64,000 nucleotides of DNA from Chloroflexota bacterium (GCA_009840165.1 VXOG01000028.1:57139-121138); one strand, 5' to 3'. Shown: positions 10,188-20,531, numbered from the stretch's first letter. Made by a program: numbers and translations. Notes: a model not told the origin generated them from the letters alone.

Positions 10188-11099
10188 CTACTCGAAGATG
10201 GAGTACACCACCTCTTCGATGCTGCGCTGCAACTCTTGCTCGTCGGTCAGTGTCCAGACGATGGCGACCTGACACGCTCGGCGTGCCGGAATGCCCTGCT
10301 GCATCAATCGGCCGGCGTAGATCAGCAGCCGCGTGCTGGCTCCTTCGGCGAGACCGTGTTCCCTGAGATTCCGGATCTTCTCGCCCAAGCGGGCCAGAGC
10401 GTGGGCCTGCTCGTCGTTGCAGCCGCTTTCCTTGGCCACGATCTCCGCTTCAACGTCCACCGGCGGGTAGTCGAACTCGATGGAAATAAACCGCTGCCGA
10501 GTGCTGTGCTTGAGGTCCTTCAGCGCGCTCTGATAGTGGGGGTTGTAGGAGATGCACAGCAGGAAGCGGTCATCGGCCTCAATGATGTTCCCCGTCTTTT
10601 CCACCGGCAGGATCCGGCGGTGGTCGGTCAGCGGGTGGATCAGCACCGTGGTGTCCTTGCGCGCCTCAACCACTTCGTCCAGGTACAGGATCGCCCCGGC
10701 TTTGACGGCGCGAGTCATGGGGCCGTCAATCCAGCGGGTGCCGTTGGCGTCCAGCAGGTATCGACCCACCAGGTCGCTGGCGGTCAAGTCTTCATGGCAT
10801 GCAATGGTTACCAGAGGAACCCGTACTTCCCCTTCATGCATTTCCTGGGCCGCCTCGTTCCTGATCGTGGTGATCGGCCGCCCGAGTTTCCAGGCCATGT
10901 ATTCGACGAACCGGGTCTTGCCGCAACCGGTTGGCCCCTTCAGCAAAACGGGAATGTGCTGCTCATAGGCAGCCTCGAACAGTTCCAGCTCGTCGCCTAC
11001 TGCTCGGTAGTAGGGCTCGCTACGAACCAGGAACTCCTCAATGGCAAATTCCTTGAAACTGGGTTCGTCTTCCATCAGTTCGATGTTCGCTTCAACCAT
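10188..11099 (-). CDS. CbbQ/NirQ/NorQ family MoxR AAA+ ATPase
   Basis: [53 protein letters not shown]. Confidence 0.93.
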   Translation of the reverse strand: MVEANIELMEDEPSFKEFAIEEFLVRSEPYYRAVGDELELFEAAYEQHIPVLLKGPTGCGKTRFVEYMAWKLGRPITTIRNEAAQEMHEGEVRVPLVTIACHEDLTASDLVGRYLLDANGTRWIDGPMTRAVKAGAILYLDEVVEARKDTTVLIHPLTDHRRILPVEKTGNIIEADDRFLLCISYNPHYQSALKDLKHSTRQRFISIEFDYPPVDVEAEIVAKESGCNDEQAHALARLGEKIRNLREHGLAEGASTRLLIYAGRLMQQGIPARRACQVAIVWTLTDEQELQRSIEEVVYSIFE

Positions 11100-11709
11100 T
11101 GCTTTGATTTACCTGTCCTTTCACTCGGGCCTGCCACAGTTCGCGCACTCCGCGTTCCAGCGCGGCCAGGTCCGATGAATTATCGACCACCACGTCGGAG
11201 CGCCGGTTGCGTTCTTCGACAGACATCTGTGAGTTGATTCGTTTCCTTGCTTCTTCTTCGCTGAGCCCGTTGCGGGCGTGCAGACGTTCAACCACCCTTT
11301 CTATCGGGGCGGAGGTCGTCCAGACCTCATCTACCAGGGAATCCCAACCGGCTTCAAACAGCACGGCGGCTTCAACGACGGTTACTGTTTCACCGGCCGC
11401 CGCCAAGTTCGCTTTCCGTTCTTCCACCATGCGCGCCATCAGGGGGTGCATAATGCCGTTCAAACGGGCCAGTTCCGCCGGATCCGCAAATACGATGGAC
11501 CCCAGTTTTCGCCGGTCGATTTCGTCCTCGGGAGTCAGTATCTCCTTGCCAAACGCCGCCACAACTTGCTGCCACGCTTCGGAATTGGGGGTATAGGCTT
11601 CGTGCCCCAGTCGGTCTGCGTCGATAATCGACGCGCCTAACTGCCGCAACAGGTCCGCGACTGCGCTTTTGCCGCTCCCTATCCCTCCCGTTAGACCGAT
11701 GGTAAGCAT
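11092..11709 (-). CDS. coaE: Dephospho-CoA kinase
   Basis: [39 protein letters not shown]; ATG at 11709. Confidence 0.95.
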   Translation of the reverse strand: MLTIGLTGGIGSGKSAVADLLRQLGASIIDADRLGHEAYTPNSEAWQQVVAAFGKEILTPEDEIDRRKLGSIVFADPAELARLNGIMHPLMARMVEERKANLAAAGETVTVVEAAVLFEAGWDSLVDEVWTTSAPIERVVERLHARNGLSEEEARKRINSQMSVEERNRRSDVVVDNSSDLAALERGVRELWQARVKGQVNQSNG

Positions 11710-11885
11710 GACTACCCAAACGTTAAGACTGCCGGCGATTCTAGCAAGGCGCGCGGAATCGGTCAACCGACGCGACCCAACGTCCCCCATTCCGAGTTAG
11801 CGGGCAATCCTGGTGAAGGACCTCGGTGTTATGCGGTTGCTGGCCCCGAACGACCGCAAATTCGCCGAAAATAAGCTGTATGCAA

Positions 11886-11948
11886 CGTAATCTTGACAAA
11901 TAATCTTACTGGTGTAGATTACCAATCGTGAATACCATCAAGATTACG
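11886..11948 (+). promoter_or_regulatory. Sigma70-like promoter embedded in nested inverted repeats (putative operator)
   Basis: TTGACA 11893-11898, 16 nt, TAGATT 11915-11920; CGTAATCTTGA (11886-11896) and TCAAGATTACG (11938-11948) form a perfect inverted repeat. Confidence 0.6.
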
Positions 11949-12038
11949 AAGGACGCAACGCTGCAACTACTCGCCGCGTAACGACATATTTCGTCCGATA
12001 TTCTCCCCGCTATACGCTTGTTCAGAAGGAGTGATGAC

Positions 12039-13895
12039 ATGTCGGCTTTCATAGGTGTCAAACCCATCGTGTCAGTGACGTTGGCCTTGTTGCTGGCGCT
12101 AGTGTTGGCTTGTGGGGGAACGGCGCCCGCAGAACCACAACAGCAACAGCAGGCGCCCGCCGCTCCGCAGGCTCAGGCGCAACCCGCCGCTGCTACTGCG
12201 GCGCCGGCGGCGCAGACCGCCCCCACCGCGATGCCCAATGAAGAGCCTACCGCAACTCCTTTCGCTACGGCTGTTCCCACCGTTCCGCCCAAGGTTCAGG
12301 CGGAAACGCCGCGTCTTATGCTTAAGGCCCCCGAGGCCAACCCCAAGCGCGGCGGCGTAATGCAGTGGGCCGGTCTTTCCGACTCGCCCCACTTTGACAT
12401 GCACCAGTGCAACACTGCGGCGTGCGCCCAGCCCCAGGGAGTCTATTTCGACAATCTGCTGCGCTACAGCCCGTTCGACGGTGGCGTAGAGGTTATTCCC
12501 GACCTGGCCTATGCCTGGGAAGTGTCCGACGACGGTCTTGTTTATACCTTCCACCTCCGCGAAGGCGTGATGTTCCATGACGGCGCCGAACTGAGCTCCG
12601 AGGACGTCAAAGCCACCTTCGACCGCATCATCTTCCCGCCGGTTGGCATGATTTCGCCCCGCCAAAGCGTTTTCCTTGCGGTTGACGAAGTCCGCACCGT
12701 CGATCCCTACACCGTCGAATTCGTCCTCAGCGCGCCCCGAGGTTTCATGCCTGCCGCTATCGCGAACGGCTGGAACGTCATCGAACGCAAGCAAACTCTG
12801 GATGACAACAACCTCGACTTGAAAAAACTCAAGCCGGGCACCACAGTCCATCCCGGAACCGGCCCATTCATCCTCGAAGATCACCAGGCCGGCGAATTCT
12901 GGAAGGCCTCTCGCAACCCCAACTATTGGAACCCCGAACTTCCCTACCTGGACGGCATACAGCATAACCACCTGGCCTACGGCCCGGCCACCGGAGCCGC
13001 CCTGATTGCCGGGCGCGTGGACTACGTGTACGGCGCCGGAGCAGACCTGCGCGACGACATTCGCCAGAATTACTCGGATACCCACACCGTCGTGGTGTAC
13101 CCCATCCCGTCCATCGGGGGAATGTTCGTCAATCACGAAAGCGAAGGTGTATCCGACCCCAGGGTGCGCCGCGCCATCTCCATGGTGCAGGACCGCTGCG
13201 CCATCAAGGTCGCCGTGGCTGCGATCCGCGAAATCGAAGTTGGCACGTGGATAGTACCCAACGACCCGGATTTCGGCGCGTCCTACCGCGAAGAGACGCT
13301 GAATCAGAAACCCGGCTATAACTGCCCCGCCACCGCCGATGACGTGGCGATGGCCCAGCAACTGTTGGCCGACGCCGGTTATCCCAACGGCGAAGGCTTC
13401 CCGACGCTCGACCTGATGGTGCGCGACATCAACTTCTTCGTGTCCCCGATGGCCCCCATGATGCAGGCGTTCATGAAGCAGAACCTCAACATCAACAGCG
13501 AGATACGGGTAGTGCATACCTCCGTTTGGCAGGAAGACCGCGATCAGGGCAACTATGACCTGGCCGTTAACGGTACGCCCACCCCGCTGGCCTCCACCCC
13601 CGCATACTGGGGTTCCTGGTTCTCCACCGGCAGCGGCGGCAACTGGAACCGTGGTTCGTCCAACCCCGAGTTCGACACGCTGGTTAACGAATTGATTGGC
13701 GCCACCGACCCCGCTCGCCAGGAAGAGCTGACTCATCAAGGCGCAGCCATGCTGGAAGAGTGGACCCCCATGATTGTGATCAACCACTTCACCATCATCG
13801 ACGGGTTCGCCAACTACCTGAAGGGACACGGGCGGGCGAATCGCGTAACTCTGTTCAACGACATCCGGTTCGACACCGCCTGGCTGGACAAGTAA
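12039..13895 (+). CDS. ABC transporter substrate-binding lipoprotein, family 5 (Dpp/Opp-like)
   Basis: Lipobox LVLAC, Ala/Pro linker, PDLA..W..S.DG..YTF.LREGV.FHDG, GTGPF; ATG after AAGGAG. Confidence 0.92.
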   Translation: MSAFIGVKPIVSVTLALLLALVLACGGTAPAEPQQQQQAPAAPQAQAQPAAATAAPAAQTAPTAMPNEEPTATPFATAVPTVPPKVQAETPRLMLKAPEANPKRGGVMQWAGLSDSPHFDMHQCNTAACAQPQGVYFDNLLRYSPFDGGVEVIPDLAYAWEVSDDGLVYTFHLREGVMFHDGAELSSEDVKATFDRIIFPPVGMISPRQSVFLAVDEVRTVDPYTVEFVLSAPRGFMPAAIANGWNVIERKQTLDDNNLDLKKLKPGTTVHPGTGPFILEDHQAGEFWKASRNPNYWNPELPYLDGIQHNHLAYGPATGAALIAGRVDYVYGAGADLRDDIRQNYSDTHTVVVYPIPSIGGMFVNHESEGVSDPRVRRAISMVQDRCAIKVAVAAIREIEVGTWIVPNDPDFGASYREETLNQKPGYNCPATADDVAMAQQLLADAGYPNGEGFPTLDLMVRDINFFVSPMAPMMQAFMKQNLNINSEIRVVHTSVWQEDRDQGNYDLAVNGTPTPLASTPAYWGSWFSTGSGGNWNRGSSNPEFDTLVNELIGATDPARQEELTHQGAAMLEEWTPMIVINHFTIIDGFANYLKGHGRANRVTLFNDIRFDTAWLDK

Positions 13896-13898
13896 GCC

Positions 13899-14858
13899 AT
13901 GCTGCTCAAGTACATAGGCCGGCGGCTGCTGTACTCGATTCCGGGGCTGATCGGCATCACCATCATCATCTTTTTGGCCTTGCGCATACTGCCGGGGGAC
14001 CCCCTTGCCATCCTGTACGGGGAGGGCGGACGGGAAAACTTGACCGCCGCCGACATCGCTGAGATCAAGCGGCAGTTGGGCATCGACCGGCCGCTCTACA
14101 TCCAGTATGCCGATTGGATGAAGGATGTTTTCACCGGCAAAATGGGGGAATCATTCTGGCGTGGCGATTCGGTTTCGGAGTTGATCATCCGGCGCGGCCC
14201 GTTGACTGCGGAAATAGCCGTCGTGGCCGTGCTCGTTTCTTGGATCATTGGGTTGCCGGTGGGGATCCTGGGCGCTATCAAGCAAAATAGCGTTGCAGAT
14301 TACGTGTCCAGATTCCTCACCATTATCTTTTTGGCAGTGCCCAGCTTTTGGGTTGCCATCCTGGTTGTGGTGGTTTCGCTGCTGGCGTTCAATTACCGCC
14401 CTCCATTGGGCATTATCCAAATTTGGGAAGACCCGTTCACGAACCTGCAAATCGTGATCGCTCCGGGGATAGTGCTGGGACTCGCCACCTCGGCTTACAT
14501 TGCGCGAATGGCCCGCACTACGCTGCTGGAGGTTATCCGCGATGACTACGTGCGCACCGCCCGCGCCAAGGGGCTCCCCGAGCGGCTGGTTGTGCTCCGC
14601 CACGCCCTGCGCAACGCCTTGCTTCCCGTGCTGACGCTATCCGGGGTTCTGTTTGGACTCCTCCTCGGCGGGTCGGTGGCGGTGGAAACGGCCTTTACCG
14701 TCCCCGGCCTGGGAACCGCGCTGGTTCAGGCTTTCACCGAGCGGGACTTCGTGGTAGTCCAGAACCTGGTGCTGCTCTATGGAATCATATTCGTTCTGGT
14801 CAACCTCTCCATAGATGTGATGTACGCGGTCCTGGACCCCAGGATCCGGTACGACTGA
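13899..14858 (+). CDS. ABC permease DppB/OppB-like
   Basis: LPGDP, DYVRTARAKGL EAA loop, ends DPRIRY. Confidence 0.93.
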   Translation: MLLKYIGRRLLYSIPGLIGITIIIFLALRILPGDPLAILYGEGGRENLTAADIAEIKRQLGIDRPLYIQYADWMKDVFTGKMGESFWRGDSVSELIIRRGPLTAEIAVVAVLVSWIIGLPVGILGAIKQNSVADYVSRFLTIIFLAVPSFWVAILVVVVSLLAFNYRPPLGIIQIWEDPFTNLQIVIAPGIVLGLATSAYIARMARTTLLEVIRDDYVRTARAKGLPERLVVLRHALRNALLPVLTLSGVLFGLLLGGSVAVETAFTVPGLGTALVQAFTERDFVVVQNLVLLYGIIFVLVNLSIDVMYAVLDPRIRYD

Positions 14859-14913
14859 GACAGCTGTCGTTTAAACGACCTGACTCTCTCAAAACACCCA
14901 CAGGGGCATTCAC

Positions 14914-15825
14914 ATGGCCGGTCAAGCAGACTTGCAAGTTTCGTTGGCTACCCCTGAAGCCAGCCCCCTGCAACGCACGCAGGATGCAGGGATGGCTATC
15001 TGGATTTTCTTCCGGCGGTATCCGGTTGGCGCAGTCGGGGGCGTGATGCTGTTGCTCATCACGGTGGTGGCTGTTTTCGCCGGCGTGTTCTCGCCCCACG
15101 ACCCGTTGTACGTGGACTTTCTCAGTCTTGGCGCGGCGCCGTCCGCCACCTACCTGCTGGGTACGGACTACGAAGGCCGCGACATCCTCAGCCGGATCAT
15201 CTACGGCGGCCGGGTTTCGCTCCAGGTATCGGTTTTGTCCGTATTGCTGGGTTCTACTATAGGCGCGCTGTGGGGAATCGCCAGCGCATTCCTCGGCGGC
15301 CGTTTCGACATCATCAGTCAGCGGGTGGTGGAAATCGTTATGTCGTTTCCGGCGCTGGTCCTGGCGATGGTGCTCCTCGTCGCGCTGGGTGGTGGCATCT
15401 GGACAGTCATCATCGCCATCGCGGTAACGCGCTTGCCTTACGGGGTACGGGTGATCCGGTCGGTAGCCCTCTCGGTCAAGGAACTGGCCTACGTGGACGC
15501 AGCTAGGGCCATGGGCGCGTCCAACTTCCGTATCATGGCCAAGCACATTGCTCCGCAGTGCTTCGCCGCCTACGTGGTGTTGGCTACGGCTCACCTGGGC
15601 GCGGCCATCGTCATCGAGGCATCCCTGGGATTCCTGGGCGTGGGCATCACGCCGCCGACGCCCAGTTGGGGCAACATGTTGGGCGGGGTGATTGCCAACA
15701 CCTACAAGCCGATCTGGTGGCTGGTGGTGTTCCCCGGCCTGGCGATCTCAATCACGGTGCTGTCGTTCAACCTGCTTGGCGACGCCCTGCGCGACGCTCT
15801 GGACCCCAAGCTGCGGGGGAGATAG
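14914..15825 (+). CDS. ABC permease DppC/OppC-like
   Basis: LLGTDYEGRDILSR, YVDAARAMGA, PPTPSWG, GDALRDALDPK. Confidence 0.93.
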   Translation: MAGQADLQVSLATPEASPLQRTQDAGMAIWIFFRRYPVGAVGGVMLLLITVVAVFAGVFSPHDPLYVDFLSLGAAPSATYLLGTDYEGRDILSRIIYGGRVSLQVSVLSVLLGSTIGALWGIASAFLGGRFDIISQRVVEIVMSFPALVLAMVLLVALGGGIWTVIIAIAVTRLPYGVRVIRSVALSVKELAYVDAARAMGASNFRIMAKHIAPQCFAAYVVLATAHLGAAIVIEASLGFLGVGITPPTPSWGNMLGGVIANTYKPIWWLVVFPGLAISITVLSFNLLGDALRDALDPKLRGR

Positions 15826-15843
15826 CAAGCAGGATGGAATCCC

Positions 15844-16494
15844 TTAAATCTCGATCTGAACCTCGCCATATCGCTCAAAAAAACGTTCCTGCAAGGCGTT
15901 GAATTTCTCGCGATAGGCGCTGGCGTGAATGCGGTCGGTCGTCATGATTACTGCGTCTTCTCGGTTGTCGGCGTAGTAGTTTTTCCTGATGCCTACCTCG
16001 TTGAAGCCGTACTTGTCGTAGAGTCGTTGGGCAATGAAGTTTGACACTCGCGCCTCCAGGGTAACCTCTTCCAGTCCCTGTTCATAAGCGGCGCGCACCG
16101 TTCCTATAATCAGCAACTCGCCAATGCCCTGGCCGCGGAGCGAACTCCGCACCGCTACCTCCGTGATGTGCGCCTGGTCTCCCTGAAACCAGATTCCCAC
16201 GTAGCCGGCTACCCGATCGCTTTCACCGCTGCCAGACCCGCCAAAAGCTGATTTTACGCTTCTCACCATCCTCCCCCACATTGATGAGTCGGCTGGCTCG
16301 CCCGCCTCAGAAACTTCGGAGCATTGCGACGCAACCCCGTCGCCGGTGAGATACGCCACCAGGAATCGGCAATGCCGGCTGTTCAGCTCGCGCCGGAACC
16401 GGGTGCCCACCCAGCCAGGCGAGAAAGCCTCATGCTCAATCTCGACAACCTGTGAAATGTCCTCAACGCGCATCCGGCGCAACGCGACGTCCAT
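15844..16494 (-). CDS. rimI: Ribosomal protein S18 alanine N-acetyltransferase
   Basis: AHITEVAV, RGQGIG, TLEARVSN..AQRLY.KYGF...GIRKNYY.DN.EDA. Confidence 0.9.
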   Translation of the reverse strand: MDVALRRMRVEDISQVVEIEHEAFSPGWVGTRFRRELNSRHCRFLVAYLTGDGVASQCSEVSEAGEPADSSMWGRMVRSVKSAFGGSGSGESDRVAGYVGIWFQGDQAHITEVAVRSSLRGQGIGELLIIGTVRAAYEQGLEEVTLEARVSNFIAQRLYDKYGFNEVGIRKNYYADNREDAVIMTTDRIHASAYREKFNALQERFFERYGEVQIEI

Positions 16495-16517
16495 AGCTAA
16501 CTAGTCCGAACCGGCGT

Positions 16518-17792
16518 TCACAGCAAACTCAATTGACCTGCCGACGACTCGCCTGTAGTCGGCTTTACCGTACCGTACACACCGTCGTATCCCGGTTCCA
16601 CGCTCACTTCTCCGGTACGCGCCCGCATGATCGCCTCGGTGAGGGTCTCCCCTGCCACGGGCAGCAGGGCGCTTTCCGAAGCGTACAACAACGCGGCAAG
16701 CTCGCTCCCCACGTGGTCAATCACGGTATCGTACTCCCGCATCACTTTGCGAGTGTTGACCCCCACGTTTCGGATGGCCGCGATAACTTCTTGCAGGGGT
16801 ATCAGACGGGCAAAGGGGGGATGCCCATCTCCCGAGTCGATCAGGCCGTATGAATCGGGTTGCCAGTCATCATCTAGGGGACGCTGCGCCAGCCGCGAAA
16901 CCCGGTGCAACACTCCCAGCGTCAGCGCGCGCCCACAGACCGGGCAGTCAGTTCCGTTGGCCGCCTCCTCGGCTGGCCCGTAAACTACGCCACAGTTACG
17001 ATGCCCGCTGTAATGGTACTTGCCTTCCTCAGGGTAAAACTCCACGGTGAACGCCACTCCCGCGTCGCGCAAGCCGGCTGCTAGGCCATCCCAGGAAAGC
17101 TCGCCGGAAAACGCAGTCAGTTCCCGGCCCAGGCGACCCAGCGAGTGCGCGTCGGAAAAGGAAACTATGGAGCGGTTCTCCAACTCCGGTACGGCGCGGT
17201 TCATTGCCGGGTCCGACGACAGTCCCGTCTCAACTGCGGTTATCAGGTGCGACAAATCCCCAAAGCATTCTTCGAGGCTATCGAACCCACTTTTGGAACC
17301 ATAGACACCATACCAGGGAGTCCATGCGTGAGCCGGCATAACAATGGCTTCCGGGTGGCAGTCCAGCGCCAGGGCCAGCAGGTCCCGTGCCGACAGGCTC
17401 ACCGTGGGGCGTCCGTCGGTTGACAGGTTGCCGTATTGGGACAGCCGACGGGTAAGGTATTCCGCCGCATCTAGCGTCGGCATCAGCGTCAACATGTGGA
17501 TGCGCCGCACCCGCCCGCCCTGGCGGTACACGCAGCTGATTTCCGTTCCCGGGACAAAGCGAACACCGCCGTATTGGTACAGCCCGTCCTGGCCGGAAAC
17601 CAGATTCGCCCGTAGTTCCACCGCCCATGTGGGGTGGGTAAAATCCCCGGTCGCCAACAGGTCAATGCCCTTGCGCCGCGCCCACGTCGCCAGGTTGTCC
17701 AGCGTCAATGCCTTGCTGCAAGCGAAGGCGTATGGGGAGTGGATATGCAGGTCGGCGACAAAAGACGCCAGCTCGGCCGGAGACTGGTTCAT
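16518..17792 (-). CDS. Endonuclease Q family PHP-domain protein
   Basis: DLHIHS, TGDFTHP, PAHAWTPW, ETGLSSD, FSDAHS, GKYH, CPVCG, PGYDGVYG. Confidence 0.88.
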   Translation of the reverse strand: MNQSPAELASFVADLHIHSPYAFACSKALTLDNLATWARRKGIDLLATGDFTHPTWAVELRANLVSGQDGLYQYGGVRFVPGTEISCVYRQGGRVRRIHMLTLMPTLDAAEYLTRRLSQYGNLSTDGRPTVSLSARDLLALALDCHPEAIVMPAHAWTPWYGVYGSKSGFDSLEECFGDLSHLITAVETGLSSDPAMNRAVPELENRSIVSFSDAHSLGRLGRELTAFSGELSWDGLAAGLRDAGVAFTVEFYPEEGKYHYSGHRNCGVVYGPAEEAANGTDCPVCGRALTLGVLHRVSRLAQRPLDDDWQPDSYGLIDSGDGHPPFARLIPLQEVIAAIRNVGVNTRKVMREYDTVIDHVGSELAALLYASESALLPVAGETLTEAIMRARTGEVSVEPGYDGVYGTVKPTTGESSAGQLSLL

Positions 17793-18547
17793 TGGACCGC
17801 CAGCAACAACTCGGCCAGTTCCCGGGGTTTCTGCGTCGCGGCCTGATGCGCGGCATCCAGTTCAATCACCGTCGCGTTCGGAATGCGAGCAGCCATGCTC
17901 CGCTGCTGTGATGGAGAGATCAGCCGGTCATCTCCCAGCACAATGTAGGTAACCGGGCAGGACAAAGCATCCAGATTCAAAGTAACCGATTGGGTCAGCA
18001 TCCGGAGTGGGAGCGGACCAAGATGACCCACCGTTTCCACCCGTTGCATCGGATCCAAACCCCGGCACATGTAGCCGGAGATCAGGCCCCTGGGAACCTG
18101 AATGTCCCGTCCAACTAGCGAACCCAACGCCCGGCACAAGCTGATAGTGCAACGCGCAAGCAATGGGTACGCCGACACCGGGGTTCCGCGATTCGCCGGA
18201 ACTATCCCTGCCAGCAGAACCACCCGCTTGGGAGCAACCGGCAATTCGGTTGCCGCCTGTAATGCGACAGTTCCCCCCAACTCATGCCCCGCGATGATGT
18301 AATCACTGAAGCCTTCTCGCTCGACGACGCGGGCAATGGCCTGCACTCCTTCCGAAATATCCACCAATCCGGCGTCATCGGCAGCATCCGAACCCTGCCC
18401 CGGCAGGTCCACCGCGCGGACTCGCACCCCTTGTCTGGGGCGGTACAACCGGGGCGGATGCTCCACCGGCGCGGTCATGTGCCCCCAGACTTTTCCCCAG
18501 CTCCATGCGCCTTGACCCGCTCCATGTACCAACAAGTAGTCAGTCAC
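17789..18547 (-). CDS. Alpha/beta-fold hydrolase-like protein (elbow GHELG)
   Basis: LLVHGAGQGAWSW, DLPG, GHELGG, D and H triad positions kept; start uncertain (GTG 18547 or ATG 18580). Confidence 0.8.
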   Translation of the reverse strand: MTDYLLVHGAGQGAWSWGKVWGHMTAPVEHPPRLYRPRQGVRVRAVDLPGQGSDAADDAGLVDISEGVQAIARVVEREGFSDYIIAGHELGGTVALQAATELPVAPKRVVLLAGIVPANRGTPVSAYPLLARCTISLCRALGSLVGRDIQVPRGLISGYMCRGLDPMQRVETVGHLGPLPLRMLTQSVTLNLDALSCPVTYIVLGDDRLISPSQQRSMAARIPNATVIELDAAHQAATQKPRELAELLLAVQ

Positions 18548-18698
18548 TTTCTCACCAGCTAATTCAGAGTTGAGTTGCATTCCGCGCCATTCGTCACATT
18601 TCCCGTCAATCGTGGCGCTTACCGTCAATCGTGGCGTTTACCGTCATTCCCTACATTTTCCGTCATTCCCGCGAAAGCGGGAATCCAGAAAGCCGCTG

Positions 18699-20084
18699 TC
18701 ACAAAGCCAGTGTCTCGGTCACTCCCATTATTATGTCATTATCCTGCTCAGGCAAGACAGTCCTCGGATCCAGCCGCACCGCGTCGTCTTCAATGCGGGC
18801 GATTACCGGAGTCGAGCGTCCCCGCAGTGTCGAGAGCAGCGCCTCCAGGCTTTTCCCCGTGCCATTGGCTGATATGGATAGCGCCCAAGAATCCAGCGTT
18901 TCCCCCGGCAGGCTTCCGCCGCCGATGGCCGACCGAGCCGGCACAACCGCTGTTTCATAGCCCCACGACGCGCCGATAGCATCCCTCCAGCGTTCCGCAC
19001 GGGCCTTTATTGCCTCGGGAGTCGCGGAGATCATGCGCCAGACCGGTACTTCCGACTCCGCGTTCCCGCTGAGGTAGTGAGTGAGCGTGGCCGTGAGGCT
19101 GGCGAGGCTCATCTTGTCGATGCGCACCGCCCGGGCCAACGGATGCCGTTCCAGTCGGCCGACCAAATCCCGTTTCCCCACCACTATGCCGGCCTGTGGC
19201 CCGCCCAGGAGCTTGTCTCCGGAAAAGAACACCAACCCGACGCCCGCGTCTATCGCTTCCTGCGGCATTGGCTCGTGCGCCAACCCGTACCGCTCTGTAG
19301 GGAGCAACGCCCCGCTGCCCACGTCATGCAGCACCGGTACGCCCGTCCGCTCTCCGAGGTCCACCAGGTCCCTTTCTTCAACGCCGGCGGTAAATCCTTC
19401 TACGCGGAAATTGCTGGCGTGCGCCTTGAGAAACGCTGCGGTGTCCTCGGTCACTGCGTCTGCATAGTCACGGACGTAGGTGCGGTTCGTCGTGCCAACG
19501 TCCACCAGCGTGCAGCCGCTTTGCCGCAGCACGTCCGGGATGCGGAAACCGCCGCCGATTTCCACGGCCTCGCCCCGCGCCACAATAACCTCCCGCCCGG
19601 AGGCCAGTGTCGACAGGCCTAGGAGCAGCGCGGAGGCGTTATTGTTCACCACCAGCGCGGCTTCTGCGCCGGTGATCTGCCTCAACAGCGACTGCAAGTG
19701 CGCCTGCCGCGAACCTCGCCGACCAGTGGCCAGGTCGATTTCAAGGTCCGAGTACCCGCCGGCTACCGCGTCAGCCGCGGCGATGGCTGCCTTGCTGAGG
19801 GGCGCGCGGCCCAAGTTGGTGTGAATCACCACTCCGGTCGCGTTGATCAAAGGCCGCGGCGACGGCGTCACAAGTTCATCGACGGTGCGCTTGACCGCCT
19901 CAGCAATATCATCCAGGCAACGCGGCTCACCGCCCGCCAGAATATCCCGGCGGGCCTCCGCCAGTGCCTCGCGGGTAAGGTCCACCAGCCACTCCCGGCC
20001 ATGCGTTGCTACCGCAACGGACAAAATGTCGCTGCTTACGACGCGCTCAACGCTGGGCAGGTTGCGTAGTAGTTGGCTGGTCAT
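18699..20084 (-). CDS. selA: L-seryl-tRNA(Sec) selenium transferase
   Basis: INATGVVIHTNLGRAP, VVNNNA, EIGGGFRIP, GTTNRT, PLP lysine motif FSGDKLLGGPQAG. Confidence 0.97.
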   Translation of the reverse strand: MTSQLLRNLPSVERVVSSDILSVAVATHGREWLVDLTREALAEARRDILAGGEPRCLDDIAEAVKRTVDELVTPSPRPLINATGVVIHTNLGRAPLSKAAIAAADAVAGGYSDLEIDLATGRRGSRQAHLQSLLRQITGAEAALVVNNNASALLLGLSTLASGREVIVARGEAVEIGGGFRIPDVLRQSGCTLVDVGTTNRTYVRDYADAVTEDTAAFLKAHASNFRVEGFTAGVEERDLVDLGERTGVPVLHDVGSGALLPTERYGLAHEPMPQEAIDAGVGLVFFSGDKLLGGPQAGIVVGKRDLVGRLERHPLARAVRIDKMSLASLTATLTHYLSGNAESEVPVWRMISATPEAIKARAERWRDAIGASWGYETAVVPARSAIGGGSLPGETLDSWALSISANGTGKSLEALLSTLRGRSTPVIARIEDDAVRLDPRTVLPEQDNDIIMGVTETLAL

Positions 20085-20268
20085 GGAAACTGATGGGGCG
20101 CCTTGATTGACATTTTCCGTGTGGGCGGCTGTATTTTATCACCGATTAATTGAAGCCGTGAGTCGCATCCGTCCTGGCGCACTCCCTGCGGGTTTGCACT
20201 ATAATTGAAACCGAAACTCACCGTGCTCCAACCGGATATGCGGGAGATTTCTGTAGGAGGCCAACCAC

Positions 20269-20475
20269 ATGAACACTAAACTCATTGGCCTCTGTATCGT
20301 TACCGTGTTCGCGATTTCCATCATCCTGGGCGGCGTGCATTCCGCCATCATGGTGATCGAGGCAACAAACGCCCCCGCAGAACCCGCAACCGGCGAATAC
20401 GTGCCTCGCCTAGCCTCCGACGACGAGCAGGACCCGGCGTTGGCAGCGCTGAGATACGTCTGCCCGTTCCACTGA
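20269..20475 (+). CDS. Small membrane-anchored hypothetical protein ending in CPFH
   Basis: Strong RBS TAGGAGG, upstream TATAAT near 20200, N-terminal hydrophobic helix. Confidence 0.6.
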   Translation: MNTKLIGLCIVTVFAISIILGGVHSAIMVIEATNAPAEPATGEYVPRLASDDEQDPALAALRYVCPFH

Positions 20476-20531
20476 TGGGCAGGATTTGTGGGACCGTGGA
20501 CACCCAAATTTAAAGACCAAACGGAGTGAGA

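Noticed and set aside
20085-20268. tRNA-Sec (selC) beside selA
   Set aside because: No cloverleaf or TCA anticodon arm visible
20473-20529. Sec readthrough of the TGA after CPFH
   Set aside because: Spacing is CxxxU rather than a redox motif; the extension is short and runs into the next gene's RBS
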